Position numbers and translations under genes: made by a program. Source: Propionicimonas sp. (GTDB lineage: Bacteria > Actinomycetota > Actinomycetes > Propionibacteriales > Propionibacteriaceae). Taken from it: a stretch of 43,639 nt of DNA. The notes under the pieces were generated by a model that saw only the letters and a program-made list of their open reading frames with translations, ran no database searches and had not been told where the DNA came from. Positions 1 to 9,727 of the stretch are shown one piece after another (position 1 is the stretch's first letter; each line of letters starts with the position of its first letter). The stretch lies in assembly GCA_035433085.1 (NCBI GenBank), contig DAORUI010000001.1, positions 11,249 to 54,887 of the forward strand, in the 5' to 3' direction.

Positions 1-4
1 GGGC

Positions 5-94
5 GCCCTTCGTGACGCCCGGCTCGTCCCTCACCGGGCTCCTCAGGGAGCGCTACCCGAAAGACATCTCGCTCACCGGGCTCCTCAGGGAGCG
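5..94. repeat. REP-like hairpin (CCCTTCGTGAC...CTCCTCAGGG) with 23-bp direct repeat
   Basis: CTCACCGGGCTCCTCAGGGAGCG at 30-52 and 72-94; GCCCTTCGTGACG at 5-17 is the reverse complement of CGTCACGAAGGGC at 43611-43623. Confidence 0.8.
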
Positions 95-111
95 GTGTCG
101 AAGGTGACCGG

Positions 112-2277
112 TCAGATGACCAGTTCGGTCTCGGAGCGGGGTAGGCGCATCGGGGCGGTGAAGCCGTTCATGATGCCGGCCAGGCGGAAGGCGCGCTCGT
201 CGGTGTAGAGGTCTTCCATGCTCAGCGGCTTACCGTCCGGGCCGGAGAGCGGGATCTTCCAGTTCGGGTACTCCGTTGAAGTACCCGGCTGGTTCTGCGT
301 GCGGCGGTCGCCGACTGCATCGGTGAGGGCTGCGCACAGCACCCGGGACGGGGTCGCCACCAGGTAGCGGTGCAAGGCCTCCACGACGTCCTCGGTCTTG
401 GGCTCTGTTGCGGTCAGGAAGCCCCGCTCGCGCAGCATGTCGAGGTAGGCGTTGCGGTCGCGTTCGGCGTTCGCCAACTCCGAGTCCAGCGACTCGGTGA
501 GAAGGCCCAACTCATGCTGAAGGCGCACGTGTTCGGCCGCAAGATAGCCCGCGGTCGGCGGCAGGTCGTGAGTGGTCACCGAGGCCAGGCAGTACTCCCG
601 CCAGGCCTCCGGCGGCAGCGGACGACCGTCGCCGGCTCGCTCGAACCAGGCGATCGAAGTGCCCAGGATGCCGCGCTGGCGCAGGTAGTCGCGCACCCAG
701 GGCTCGACCACCCCGAGGTCCTCGCCCACCACGAGGGCACCGGCTCGATGCGCCTCCAGCGCCAGGATGCCGACCATCGCCTCGTGGTTGTAGCGGACGT
801 AGGTGCCCTGGTTGGCCGGCATGCCGTCCGGGATCCACCACAGCCGGAACAGGCCCATGATGTGGTCGACCCGGATACCGCCGGAATGCCGCAGGATTCC
901 CGAAACCATGCTGCGGAAGGGTGCGTACGACAGGTCGTCCATGCGATCGGGACGCCACGGCGACTGGCCCCAGTCCTGGCCGGTCTGGTTGAAGTGGTCC
1001 GGCGGGGCGCCGACGCTGATGCCTTCGGCGAACAGGTTCGAGTAGGTCCAGGCCTCGGCGCTGTCTCCACCCACACCGACCGCGAGGTCGTTCATGATGC
1101 CGACGCGCATGCCTGCGTCCGTCGCCGCGGACTGGGCTGCCCGCAACTGGTCGTCGGCTATCCACTGCAACCAGGCGTAGAAGATGATCGACTCAACGTG
1201 TTCCTCGGCGAAGATCGCGACCTCTGGCGAGGACGGCCGGCGCAGCTCGACGGGCCATTCGCGCCAGTCGTCGCCGTAGCTGTTCACCAACACCGACCAG
1301 GTGGCGAACTGGGTGAGCCCGCGACCCTCCCGGCGCAGGAAGTCGTTGAACGCCATCCGTCGAGCCAGCCGCATGCCGTGCGCGTGGACCTCCCGCAAGG
1401 CTTCGATCTTGGCCGTCCAGATGGTGTCCCGCTCGATCAGCGTGTCCCCGGCCAGGTCCTTTCGCAGCCGGGCCTTGTGCTGGGCGATCCGGGTCCGCGC
1501 GCGCTCGTCCAACTCGGCGTACTCGGGTACCGCTTCGGGCCGGATGTACAGCGGGTTCACGTAGCGGCGCGACGTCGGCAGGTACGGCGAAGGTTCCAGG
1601 GGCGGCATCGGCTGGGCCGCGTGCAACGGGTTCACCAGCACGAAGCTGGCGAACTGCTGGGTGGCCGACCATGTCGCCAGGTCAGCAAGGTCGAGCAGGT
1701 CGCCGATCCCCCACGAATCAGCGGACGTGACCGAGTACAGCTGGGAGGCGTAGCCCCAGGCCCGCTTCTCCCCCATCGACGCGGGGAAGCCGAGGAACGC
1801 CGGACTCACCACCAGGGTCGACTCGTTCTGGCCGGCCTCCGTGGTCGCCTGCAGCCGGTGGTAACCCAGCGGCAGGTCGGCGGGCAGTTCGAAGGACGCC
1901 TGCCCGGTGAGCACACCGTCCACCTCGCGCGGCGGCTCGTCGTCGGCGACCTGCACGGCGTCGCGCCAGCCACCCTCCTCGAGGCGGACGGCCAACCGAA
2001 CCCACTCCCCGTCCGGAAGGTGCAGCTGGACGGTTCTCGCGGTGCCCTGCTCCATCACCACGCAAGGCGGCAGCAGCCGGGTCCACGGACGCAGCCGGTA
2101 CGCGTCCAGCGCGGCCTGCGCGCTCTCGGTCGTGGACGCATCCACGTCCATGCCGGCGAGGATCGCGATCACGGTCTGGTCGGTGACTTCGGTGAGCCGG
2201 CCCTTCCAGTCCCAGAACTCGGTGGCAATACCCAGCGCAGCGGCCAGCTCAGCCAGTACAGAGGAGGACAACGCCAT
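112..2277 (-). CDS. malQ: 4-alpha-glucanotransferase (amylomaltase, GH77)
   Basis: 721 aa; GH77 motifs WGIGDLLDL, EPSPYLP, DLAVG, GAPPD, RVDHIMG, GEDLG, TTHDLP, NQPGT. Confidence 0.95.
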   Translation of the reverse strand: MALSSSVLAELAAALGIATEFWDWKGRLTEVTDQTVIAILAGMDVDASTTESAQAALDAYRLRPWTRLLPPCVVMEQGTARTVQLHLPDGEWVRLAVRLEEGGWRDAVQVADDEPPREVDGVLTGQASFELPADLPLGYHRLQATTEAGQNESTLVVSPAFLGFPASMGEKRAWGYASQLYSVTSADSWGIGDLLDLADLATWSATQQFASFVLVNPLHAAQPMPPLEPSPYLPTSRRYVNPLYIRPEAVPEYAELDERARTRIAQHKARLRKDLAGDTLIERDTIWTAKIEALREVHAHGMRLARRMAFNDFLRREGRGLTQFATWSVLVNSYGDDWREWPVELRRPSSPEVAIFAEEHVESIIFYAWLQWIADDQLRAAQSAATDAGMRVGIMNDLAVGVGGDSAEAWTYSNLFAEGISVGAPPDHFNQTGQDWGQSPWRPDRMDDLSYAPFRSMVSGILRHSGGIRVDHIMGLFRLWWIPDGMPANQGTYVRYNHEAMVGILALEAHRAGALVVGEDLGVVEPWVRDYLRQRGILGTSIAWFERAGDGRPLPPEAWREYCLASVTTHDLPPTAGYLAAEHVRLQHELGLLTESLDSELANAERDRNAYLDMLRERGFLTATEPKTEDVVEALHRYLVATPSRVLCAALTDAVGDRRTQNQPGTSTEYPNWKIPLSGPDGKPLSMEDLYTDERAFRLAGIMNGFTAPMRLPRSETELVI

Positions 2278-2329
2278 GCCGGGACCCCTTCATCGGAGCA
2301 AGTGGGACAGCTAACGATATCCGCAGGCG

Positions 2330-2818
2330 TCAGCTTCGCTCGAACGGCGCGAGCAGTCGCCGCAGGACAGCCGCGAGTTCCTCCCGTTCAGCCGGCTCAA
2401 TGGCCGCGAGCACGCGCCGCTCGTAGGCGAGCAGGTCACCCAGAGCGGCCTCGACGCACTCGCGTCCGAGTGCGGTGAGCCGAACCCGCACCCCGCGGCC
2501 GTCGTTCGGATTGGGCTCGCGAACCACCAGGTCGCGGGCCTCCAGCCGGTTCACCCGGTTGGTCATCGTCCCGGACGTCGAGAGGGTCTCGTGGATCAGT
2601 TCGCCCGGCGAGAGCACGTAAGGACGACCCTGGCGGCGCAATGCGGCCAGGACGTCGAACTCCCAGACCTCGAGTTCGTGGGCGGCGAAGGCCTCCGAGC
2701 GCGCCCGGTCCAGGTGCTTGGCCAGCCGGCTCACCCGCGACAGGCTGCCCAGTGGGCTCACGTCGACCTCGGGCAGCTCACGAGCCCAGGCGGCCAGGAT
2801 CTGGTCGACCTCGTCCAT
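2330..2818 (-). CDS. MarR-family regulator, TamR/PecS (UrtR) subgroup
   Basis: DEVDQILAAW N-terminal helix, WEFDVLAALRR, SGTMTNRVNRLE, DGRGVRVRLT; start ATG 2818 (or GTG 2827). Confidence 0.88.
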   Translation of the reverse strand: MDEVDQILAAWARELPEVDVSPLGSLSRVSRLAKHLDRARSEAFAAHELEVWEFDVLAALRRQGRPYVLSPGELIHETLSTSGTMTNRVNRLEARDLVVREPNPNDGRGVRVRLTALGRECVEAALGDLLAYERRVLAAIEPAEREELAAVLRRLLAPFERS

Positions 2819-2834
2819 CCATGCCACCTTCGGT

Positions 2835-2852
2835 TATCTCGGTATCGAGAGA
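2835..2852. promoter_or_regulatory. Putative operator of the TamR-like regulator
   Basis: TATCTCG-GTAT-CGAGAGA, an 18-bp imperfect palindrome just upstream of the marR start, of the TATCT-N8-AGATA type used by this subgroup. Confidence 0.6.
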
Positions 2853-4262
2853 TTACCGCCGCACCGGGCTCGCGGAGTGGTTGTGTACTTCAGGTATCCG
2901 CACTGCGGACGCGACGGTGAGCAGGGTCACCAGGAGCATCGCCACCAGCAGGCCGCCGAAACCGAGCCGGTCATCGCCGCGCGCGAGCCCGAACGCGAAC
3001 ACCGTCCCCGCCAGCCCGGCGCAGATGCTGTTGCCCAGCGCCTCACCGACCTGCAGCGAAGAGGTGTTGCGGCCGATCTCGGGCGCCGGCGAGAGCTGCA
3101 TCACGACCAGCGACGTACAGGTGACCAGAAGACCCATGCCGAGACCGGAAAGCACCAGGCCGATCGGGATGAGCGCGATCGCCTGTCCAGGCAACCAACC
3201 CGCGACTGTCATCGCGACGGTGCCAAGCACGCTGCTGACCGCCCCCAGCACGATCATCTGGTCGCGACGCAGGCGGAACCACGGCCGGGCCTGCAACCAC
3301 GAACCGGTGAACCAGCCGATCGAGCCGGACGCCATGATCCAGCCCACCGCTCCCAGCGACAGCCCTTCGGCCTGCACCAGCAGCAGCGGCAGAAAAGCCA
3401 CCACACCGGCGAAGGATCCTGCGCCGAGCGTCCGGGTGACGATGACCGCGTCCAGGCCACCTCCGGTGATGCGGAACCCGGGGGGCAGCAGCGGACGCAG
3501 CCCGAACCAGAGCATCACCAGCCCGAGAGCGGCGGGCAGAAGTGACCAGAGGTCGAGCCGCTGTCCGGCGAACTGCAGCGACGCCGCGCCGAGGGCCACC
3601 ATCGCCGCCCAAACCAGTTGGTGCGGCACTTCAGGCACGTCCTCGTGCGGGGGCAGGTGCTCGCGGTGCAGCGGGGGTAGCATCAGCGACCCCGCGATCA
3701 CGAGCACCGGGAGCACCGACCAGAACACCCAGTGCCAGGAGATCGTCTCGGTGAGCCATGCAGCGATCTGCGGGCCGACGAACGACGGCAGGGTCCAGGC
3801 AGCGGAGAACCCGACCATCAGGTTGGCGCGCTCGCGCGCGTCGAAGAGTCGGGCCACCAGCACCATCACGGCCAGGTTCATGGTGCCCCCGCCCAGGCCC
3901 TGGACGAATCGTCCGACAAGCAGCACCAGCATCGTCGGGGCCAGTGCCGAGATGACCAACCCGGCCGCGAACACGGCGAAGCCGAGCACCAGCGGCAGCT
4001 TCGGTCCCACCCGGTCGGTGAGCAGGCCGGAAGCAACGATCGCGAAGGTGGTGGCCAACTGGAAGGCGGTATAGGCCCAGGCGTAGAGGCTGAGATCGCC
4101 CAGATCGGCGGCGGCCGCGGGCATCGCGGTGTTCACCGCGACGGCCTCGAAGGCGATCGCAACCACACTCAGCAGCAACCCGACCACGAACCCGCGCCGG
4201 GAGTGCCGGGCCTGGGTCGACGGGGCTTCTGCTGGGGTTGGCACGATCACCGATCCTGCCAC
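2853..4262 (-). CDS. MFS transporter (drug:H+ antiporter-like)
   Basis: 469 aa, many hydrophobic helices, motif A-like GLLTDRVGPK, GRFVQGLGGG; start uncertain. Confidence 0.88.
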   Translation of the reverse strand: MAGSVIVPTPAEAPSTQARHSRRGFVVGLLLSVVAIAFEAVAVNTAMPAAAADLGDLSLYAWAYTAFQLATTFAIVASGLLTDRVGPKLPLVLGFAVFAAGLVISALAPTMLVLLVGRFVQGLGGGTMNLAVMVLVARLFDARERANLMVGFSAAWTLPSFVGPQIAAWLTETISWHWVFWSVLPVLVIAGSLMLPPLHREHLPPHEDVPEVPHQLVWAAMVALGAASLQFAGQRLDLWSLLPAALGLVMLWFGLRPLLPPGFRITGGGLDAVIVTRTLGAGSFAGVVAFLPLLLVQAEGLSLGAVGWIMASGSIGWFTGSWLQARPWFRLRRDQMIVLGAVSSVLGTVAMTVAGWLPGQAIALIPIGLVLSGLGMGLLVTCTSLVVMQLSPAPEIGRNTSSLQVGEALGNSICAGLAGTVFAFGLARGDDRLGFGGLLVAMLLVTLLTVASAVRIPEVHNHSASPVRR

Positions 4263-4360
4263 ATCGGGCTAACTCGGCCCGCCCCTTGACGGCCCGCTTT
4301 CCCGTCCGCGGGTGCACTGGGTAGTTTGGGATGGGTCTTGGACGAACGAAGGGGTGCCGG

Positions 4361-4627
4361 ATGACCACGGAACAGCCGCAGACGATCACCATCGTCAAGG
4401 AGCGAACCGAGGAACGCACCGACCTGCGTCCCCAGGAAGGCGACCACGAACGGTTCTCGCACTACGTGCCCAAGGCCAAACTGACCGAAGCCATGGTCAT
4501 GGGCACCCCGGTGATCGCCTTGTGCGGCAAGGTCTGGGTGCCTTCGCGCAACCCCGACCGGTTCCCGGTGTGTCCCGAATGCAAGGAGATCTGGGCGACC
4601 ATGCGTCCGGGCGAGGGCGAGGCCTGA
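4361..4627 (+). CDS. DUF3039 domain protein
   Basis: GDHERFSHYV, GTPVIALCGKVWVP, FPVCPECKEIW; ATG 4361 after GAAGGGG. Confidence 0.85.
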   Translation: MTTEQPQTITIVKERTEERTDLRPQEGDHERFSHYVPKAKLTEAMVMGTPVIALCGKVWVPSRNPDRFPVCPECKEIWATMRPGEGEA

Positions 4628-4630
4628 GAC

Positions 4631-5128
4631 ATGGCTTCGAAGACCCTGATCGTCCTGCGACACGCCAAGTCGTCGTGGAACACTCCGGAAACCGACATCC
4701 GCCGGCCGCTGTCCTCCAGAGGGCGGGCGGACGCGGTTGCGGCCGGTGAGATCCTCGCCGGTTACACCCTGGACGTGGTGCTCGCATCCAGCGCCACCCG
4801 GGTGCAGGAGACCTGGGAGCGTGCCCAGCTGGGCGGCGCAGCCTGCGCCGACGTGCGCACGTCCGAGGCGATCTACCACGCCTGGGCCGGAGAACTCCTG
4901 GGCGAGCTGCACGATCTGGACGAGAGCGTCCACATCGCCCTGCTGATCGGTCATCAGCCCACTCTGGGCGACCTGATCGCCACCCTCGCCAAGCCGTCCG
5001 CGCTGACCGACCGGGTGTCGGCCAAGTTCCCGACCGCGGGGCTGGCCGTGCTCACCTACCGAGGCGCATGGAAGACACTGGGCGCCGGCAAAGCGTCACT
5101 GAAGCGATTCGAGATCCCGCGGGGTTGA
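4631..5128 (+). CDS. sixA: Histidine phosphatase family protein (SixA-like)
   Basis: LIVLRHAKSSW, RPLSSRG, SSATRVQET, IGHQP, FPTAG. Confidence 0.85.
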   Translation: MASKTLIVLRHAKSSWNTPETDIRRPLSSRGRADAVAAGEILAGYTLDVVLASSATRVQETWERAQLGGAACADVRTSEAIYHAWAGELLGELHDLDESVHIALLIGHQPTLGDLIATLAKPSALTDRVSAKFPTAGLAVLTYRGAWKTLGAGKASLKRFEIPRG

Positions 5129-5218
5129 GCCTGGTCAGCCCAGAGCAGGAGTGCGCATGGACCAGTGGTGGACGTGGTGATTCGCTGATCTCACCAACGT
5201 TCTCTTCGGGGGGTAGAG

Positions 5219-5887
5219 ATGAAGTTGAGTTCCGTTTCACCTGCCATCGCTCTGATGGCCACGCTCCTTGCCGGTTGCAGTTCCGGCGCTCCGGCAAGTT
5301 CCGCCGTCCCGGTCGCCGAAGCCACCCAAGCCGTGGCCGAGGCCGTGGCGGCAACGACCACGCCGAGCCCCACACCGACCGTGCTCGCGCCGGCGGACAC
5401 CGTACCGAAGGGCAAATGGAACGGCCCCGACGAGATCCTCAAGGTGACTGGCGCGGCCAAGTCGTGGTGGGACCCCGTGCCCAAGAAGGGCGACGTCGAA
5501 AAGGCGGGCGCTCCGTGGGAGTTCGCCTCCACGTGCACAGCGGCGGAGTGCACCGGCACGATCATCAGGTCCACTGACGCCGAGGACAAACTCCCGCCAA
5601 GGAACTTCACCTGGGATGGGAAGACGCTGAAAATCACCAGGGACGTATCGCGGGGCACCGACAAGTGTGTCTCCGGGGACGGGACGCCCAACGGCAGCAA
5701 GTGGGCGTGGGAGCAGAAGTGGACCTATGACGTGGACGTCGAAACCGATGCCGAAGGGAGGGTCGTGAAGTTGCTCAGCGAGGTCACCCTCGCTGTCCGG
5801 GACGCGACCAAGGCCGGGATGAACTGCGGCGAGTTGTACAAGCCCGCCAAACAGGTCTCCCTTTCGACCTTCGAGCCGACCGACTGA
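5219..5887 (+). CDS. Hypothetical lipoprotein
   Basis: Signal peptide with lipobox LLAG-C, Ala/Pro/Thr linker, then a Lys/Trp/Cys-containing domain. Confidence 0.7.
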   Translation: MKLSSVSPAIALMATLLAGCSSGAPASSAVPVAEATQAVAEAVAATTTPSPTPTVLAPADTVPKGKWNGPDEILKVTGAAKSWWDPVPKKGDVEKAGAPWEFASTCTAAECTGTIIRSTDAEDKLPPRNFTWDGKTLKITRDVSRGTDKCVSGDGTPNGSKWAWEQKWTYDVDVETDAEGRVVKLLSEVTLAVRDATKAGMNCGELYKPAKQVSLSTFEPTD

Positions 5888-5911
5888 CCCACCGATCGGG
5901 CGTCCAACCGG

Positions 5912-7330
5912 TCAGTACCGATACAGGTCGGCTTTGAATGGGCCTTGCACTTCGATGCCCATGTAGTCGGCCTGCTCATTGGTGAGTTCAGACAGTTTCA
6001 CCCCGAGCGCGCCCAGGTGCAGTCGGGCCACATACTCATCCAACTGCTTGGGCAGGGTGTAGACGCCCACCGGGTAGTGCTCGGGCTTGGTGAACAGTTC
6101 GATCTGGGCGAGCACCTGGTTGGCGAAGGACGTGCTCATCACGAAGCTGGGGTGGCCCGTGGCGTTGCCAAGGTTCAGCAGGCGACCCTCGCTGAGCATG
6201 ATGATGGCGTGCCCGTCCGAGAACTCCCAGAGGTCGACCTGGGGTTTGATGTTGACCCGCAACACGTCGGGCAGCGCTTCCAACCCGGCCATGTCGATCT
6301 CGTTGTCGAAGTGACCGATGTTGCCGACGATCGCCTGGTGCTTCATCTTCGCCAGATGGTCGGCGGTGATCACCTTCAGGCAGCCGGTGGCGGTGATGAA
6401 GATGTCCGCGGTGCTCACGACGTCTTCGAGAATCGCCACCTGGTACCCGTCCATCGCTGCCTGGAGCGCACAGATCGGATCGATCTCGGTGATCACCACG
6501 CGGGCGCCCTGGCCCGCCAGCGCTGCGGCGCAACCCTTGCCCACGTCGCCGTAGCCGCAGACCACGGCCAGCTTGCCGCCGATCAGCACGTCAGTGGCGC
6601 GGTTGATGCCGTCGATCAGCGAATGCCGGATGCCGTAGCGATTGTCGAACTTGCTCTTGGTCACGGAGTCGTTCACGTTGATCGCCGGGAACAGCAGCGA
6701 CTGGTTCTTCGCCATCTCGTACAGCCGGTGAACGCCGGTGGTTGTCTCCTCGGTGACCCCGAAAATGCTGTTCGCGATGCCCACCCAGTCGAGCGCCGAT
6801 TCGCGCAGCCGGGCCAGCACGACCTGGTACTCGGCAGCGTCGGACGCGGTCGCGTCCGGCACAGCACCGGCCTTGGCGAACTCGACGCCCTTGTGTACCA
6901 GCAGAGTGGCGTCGCCGCCGTCGTCCAGGATCATGTTCGGGTGCCGGTCGCCGCCCCAATCAAGGATGCGCTCGGTGCACCACCAGTAGTCCTCCAGAGA
7001 CTCGCCCTTCCAGGCGAAGACCGGGACGCCCTTGGGCTCGTCCGCCGTGCCGTCGGAGCCGACGACGATCGCCGCTGCGGCATGGTCCTGGGTGGAGAAG
7101 ATGTTGCAGGAAGCCCAGCGCACTTCCGCGCCGAGGGCGACCAGGGTCTCGATCAGCACCGCGGTCTGCACGGTCATGTGCAGCGAACCCGCGATGCGTG
7201 CGCCGCGCAGCGGCTTGGAGTCGCCGTAGCGCTCGCGTAGGGCCATCAGTCCCGGCATCTCGTGCTCGGCGAGCTTGATCTCGGCTCGGCCGAACGGGGC
7301 GAGGCTCAGGTCGTTTACGCGATACTCCAT
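5912..7330 (-). CDS. ahcY: Adenosylhomocysteinase
   Basis: [69 protein letters not shown]; start MEYRV at 7330. Confidence 0.97.
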   Translation of the reverse strand: MEYRVNDLSLAPFGRAEIKLAEHEMPGLMALRERYGDSKPLRGARIAGSLHMTVQTAVLIETLVALGAEVRWASCNIFSTQDHAAAAIVVGSDGTADEPKGVPVFAWKGESLEDYWWCTERILDWGGDRHPNMILDDGGDATLLVHKGVEFAKAGAVPDATASDAAEYQVVLARLRESALDWVGIANSIFGVTEETTTGVHRLYEMAKNQSLLFPAINVNDSVTKSKFDNRYGIRHSLIDGINRATDVLIGGKLAVVCGYGDVGKGCAAALAGQGARVVITEIDPICALQAAMDGYQVAILEDVVSTADIFITATGCLKVITADHLAKMKHQAIVGNIGHFDNEIDMAGLEALPDVLRVNIKPQVDLWEFSDGHAIIMLSEGRLLNLGNATGHPSFVMSTSFANQVLAQIELFTKPEHYPVGVYTLPKQLDEYVARLHLGALGVKLSELTNEQADYMGIEVQGPFKADLYRY

Positions 7331-7402
7331 GGGACGGGATCGTACGCGGTGACCCCGGGTCGGGGACACTCGGCGTCGAGGCACGGGATGCTGGAGGTCG
7401 TG

Positions 7403-8569
7403 ATGGGGGCCAATCTCGGCGATGGCGTGAGCATCGTGGGCATCGGCGCACTGCCCGTGCTGAAGGAGCACCCGCTCAGCCTGCGCCAACTGGGGGCTGC
7501 CGCCGTCCGCTCGGCATTGGCGGACGCGGGCATCGACCACGCGGACGCCCTCTTCGTGGGCAACATGCTCGCCGACGAGTTGCAGGGTCAGAAGCACCTG
7601 GCCTCCCTGATCGCGGACGAGGCCGGCCTGCGCTGGGCCGAAGCGCTCACCGTCCGCGCAGCCACGGCGACCGGCGCGGCTGCCCTTCGCATGGCCTACC
7701 TCGCGGTCGCCAGCGGGTCGGCCGAGGTCGCGGTCGCCCTCGGCGTGGAGAAGATGAGCAGTGACCGTCCGCACGTGGTTTCTTCGCTGGCCAAAGCGCT
7801 GGACGCAGAACTCGAAGTGCCGAACGGCGCCACGTTGCTGAGCCAGAACGCCAAGCTGCTGGCGCTCTACCTGGAACGCTACGGCCGGGCGATCGGCGAC
7901 TTCGACGGCTTCGCGGTGAACGCGCATGCGAACGCGAACGGCAATCCGAACGCCATGTTCCACGACCGTCTGGTCACCGCCGCGGACGTAGCGAGTTCGC
8001 CGATCGTCTCGTCCCCACTTCGGCTGTACGACGCCGCCCCGATCTGCGACGGCGCAGCGGCTGTCGTGCTCACCAGCACCAGGCAGGCGCGGGCGTTCAC
8101 CGATCGTCCGGTGCGCATGCTGGGGGCGAGCGTCACCACCGACCGGTTCCGGATCGAGGACCGGGACGACCCGCTGGTGCTGGCCGCGTCCGCGCGCTCG
8201 ATTCGGGACGCGCTCAGGGCGGCCAACGTTCACCGCAGTGACATCGGCTTCTTCGAGGTGCACGACGCGTTCTCGATCATGGCGTGCCTGATCCTCGAGG
8301 CCACCGGCTTCGCCGCACCCGGCGAGGGCTGGCGTCTGGCCGCTGAAGGCCGGATTCGGCTGGACGGCGACCTGCCGATCTCGACCATGGGCGGGCTGAA
8401 GGCGCGCGGCCACCCGATCGGTGCGTCCGCGATCTACCAGACCTGCGAGATCGTCCAGCAGCTCACCGGACGCGCCGGGGCGAACCAGTTGGCCGACCCC
8501 AAAGTGGGCCTACTCCAAAGCGTCGGCGGAGCAGGTAGCACGGTGCTGACCCACATCTTCGGCACGTAA
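7403..8569 (+). CDS. Thiolase-superfamily protein (SCP2/archaeal type, HDAF/GHP motifs) lacking the N-terminal catalytic Cys
   Basis: [37 protein letters not shown]; SD GGAGG 7393-7397 before ATG 7403. Confidence 0.85.
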   Translation: MGANLGDGVSIVGIGALPVLKEHPLSLRQLGAAAVRSALADAGIDHADALFVGNMLADELQGQKHLASLIADEAGLRWAEALTVRAATATGAAALRMAYLAVASGSAEVAVALGVEKMSSDRPHVVSSLAKALDAELEVPNGATLLSQNAKLLALYLERYGRAIGDFDGFAVNAHANANGNPNAMFHDRLVTAADVASSPIVSSPLRLYDAAPICDGAAAVVLTSTRQARAFTDRPVRMLGASVTTDRFRIEDRDDPLVLAASARSIRDALRAANVHRSDIGFFEVHDAFSIMACLILEATGFAAPGEGWRLAAEGRIRLDGDLPISTMGGLKARGHPIGASAIYQTCEIVQQLTGRAGANQLADPKVGLLQSVGGAGSTVLTHIFGT

Positions 8570-8615
8570 TTCGGGATCTGTCCCTCCTGGCCGGCCACCA
8601 CCCGAGTCTGACTTC

Positions 8616-9569
8616 TTACACCTCGGGGGTGCGGTCGATATCCGGTTCCAGGTACAGAGCGGTCACGGTCGGGTTGGCGGCACGGATCGCGATCTCGGCA
8701 TTGTCGATCACTTGGGCGACCCGCTGGGCCGACTCGGTGGGCTCGACGGCGATCTTCGCGGCCACCAGCACTTCGTCCGGACCTAGGTGGAGGGTCTTCA
8801 GATGAATCACACGGCCCACCCCGTCCGCTCCGGCAAGGGCGTCACGGATCGCCTCGACCGCCTCGGGCGTGGCGGCCTCACCGAGAAGGAGACTGCGGGT
8901 CTCGATCGCGAGGGTGATCGCGACCAGGATCAACAGCAGGCCGATCAGCGCAGTGCCGGCGACGTCCCACAGTCCGTTGTGCGTGACCAGGGTCATGCCG
9001 ACGCCCATCAGTGCGAAGATCAGGCCGAGCAGGGCCGCGAAGTCCTCCAACAGGATCACGGGCAGCTCTGGCGACTTGGACGTCTTGATGAACCGCGCCC
9101 AGGTCTGGCGTCCCTTCACCGGGATCGACTCCTTGATCGCCGTCCGGAAGCTGAAGCTCTCGGCGATGATCGCGGCGGCCAGGACGACGAGCGGAACCCA
9201 CCACCAAGGGCCTTCGAGGAGCTCGTTCGGGTGCCCGCCGGCCACTTCTTCGTACTTGTGCAGCGCCTCGTACAGCGCGAACAGCCCGCCCAGGCTGAAC
9301 AGGATGATGGCGACGAGGAAGGCGTTGATGTAGCGCGCCCGACCGTAGCCGAACGGGTGCTCCTCGCTGGCCTCCTTCTTCGCGGACCGGCCACCGATCA
9401 GCAGGAGGATCTGGTTGCCGGTGTCGGCCACGGAGTGCACGCCCTCGGCCAGCATGGACGCGGACCCGGTCAGCGCCCAGGCGCCAAACTTGGTGACCGC
9501 GATGAAAGCGTTGGCCGCGAGCGCGGCCACGACTGCCTTGGTTCCACCATGACTACTCACGCCCGACAT
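8616..9569 (-). CDS. Cation diffusion facilitator family transporter
   Basis: SASMLAEGVHSVADTGNQ, HPFGYGR, LLEDFAAL, C-terminal HLKTLHLGP...YLEPD. Confidence 0.92.
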   Translation of the reverse strand: MSGVSSHGGTKAVVAALAANAFIAVTKFGAWALTGSASMLAEGVHSVADTGNQILLLIGGRSAKKEASEEHPFGYGRARYINAFLVAIILFSLGGLFALYEALHKYEEVAGGHPNELLEGPWWWVPLVVLAAAIIAESFSFRTAIKESIPVKGRQTWARFIKTSKSPELPVILLEDFAALLGLIFALMGVGMTLVTHNGLWDVAGTALIGLLLILVAITLAIETRSLLLGEAATPEAVEAIRDALAGADGVGRVIHLKTLHLGPDEVLVAAKIAVEPTESAQRVAQVIDNAEIAIRAANPTVTALYLEPDIDRTPEV

Positions 9570-9604
9570 CCTGCCAGAGTCACCCCGCGCCCCCTTGAAC
9601 ATTC

Positions 9605-9721
9605 GGGGACGGTTCCTTTTCGTTCACGTTATCCACAGGAAGGTCATCCGAATGATCGGAGTGCGACGCGCTGAGGCGTTTGTCGGCCTGTGGATAAGTT
9701 GAACGAAAAGGAACCGTTCCC
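9605..9721. mobile_element. MITE/REPIN-like 117-bp element with 35-bp terminal inverted repeats, each containing TTATCCACA
   Basis: Arms 9605-9639 and 9687-9721 (3 mismatches); GAACATTC directly repeated at 9597-9604 and 9722-9729. Confidence 0.6.
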
Positions 9722-9727
9722 GAACAT

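Noticed and set aside
7331-7402. SAH riboswitch upstream of ahcY
   Set aside because: The gap is only 72 bp, no SAH-riboswitch consensus is visible, and the gene looks leaderless.
7331-8413. 833-aa extended AhcY from the ORF track
   Set aside because: The N-terminal extension is antisense to the thiolase gene; AhcY homology begins at MEYRV (7330).
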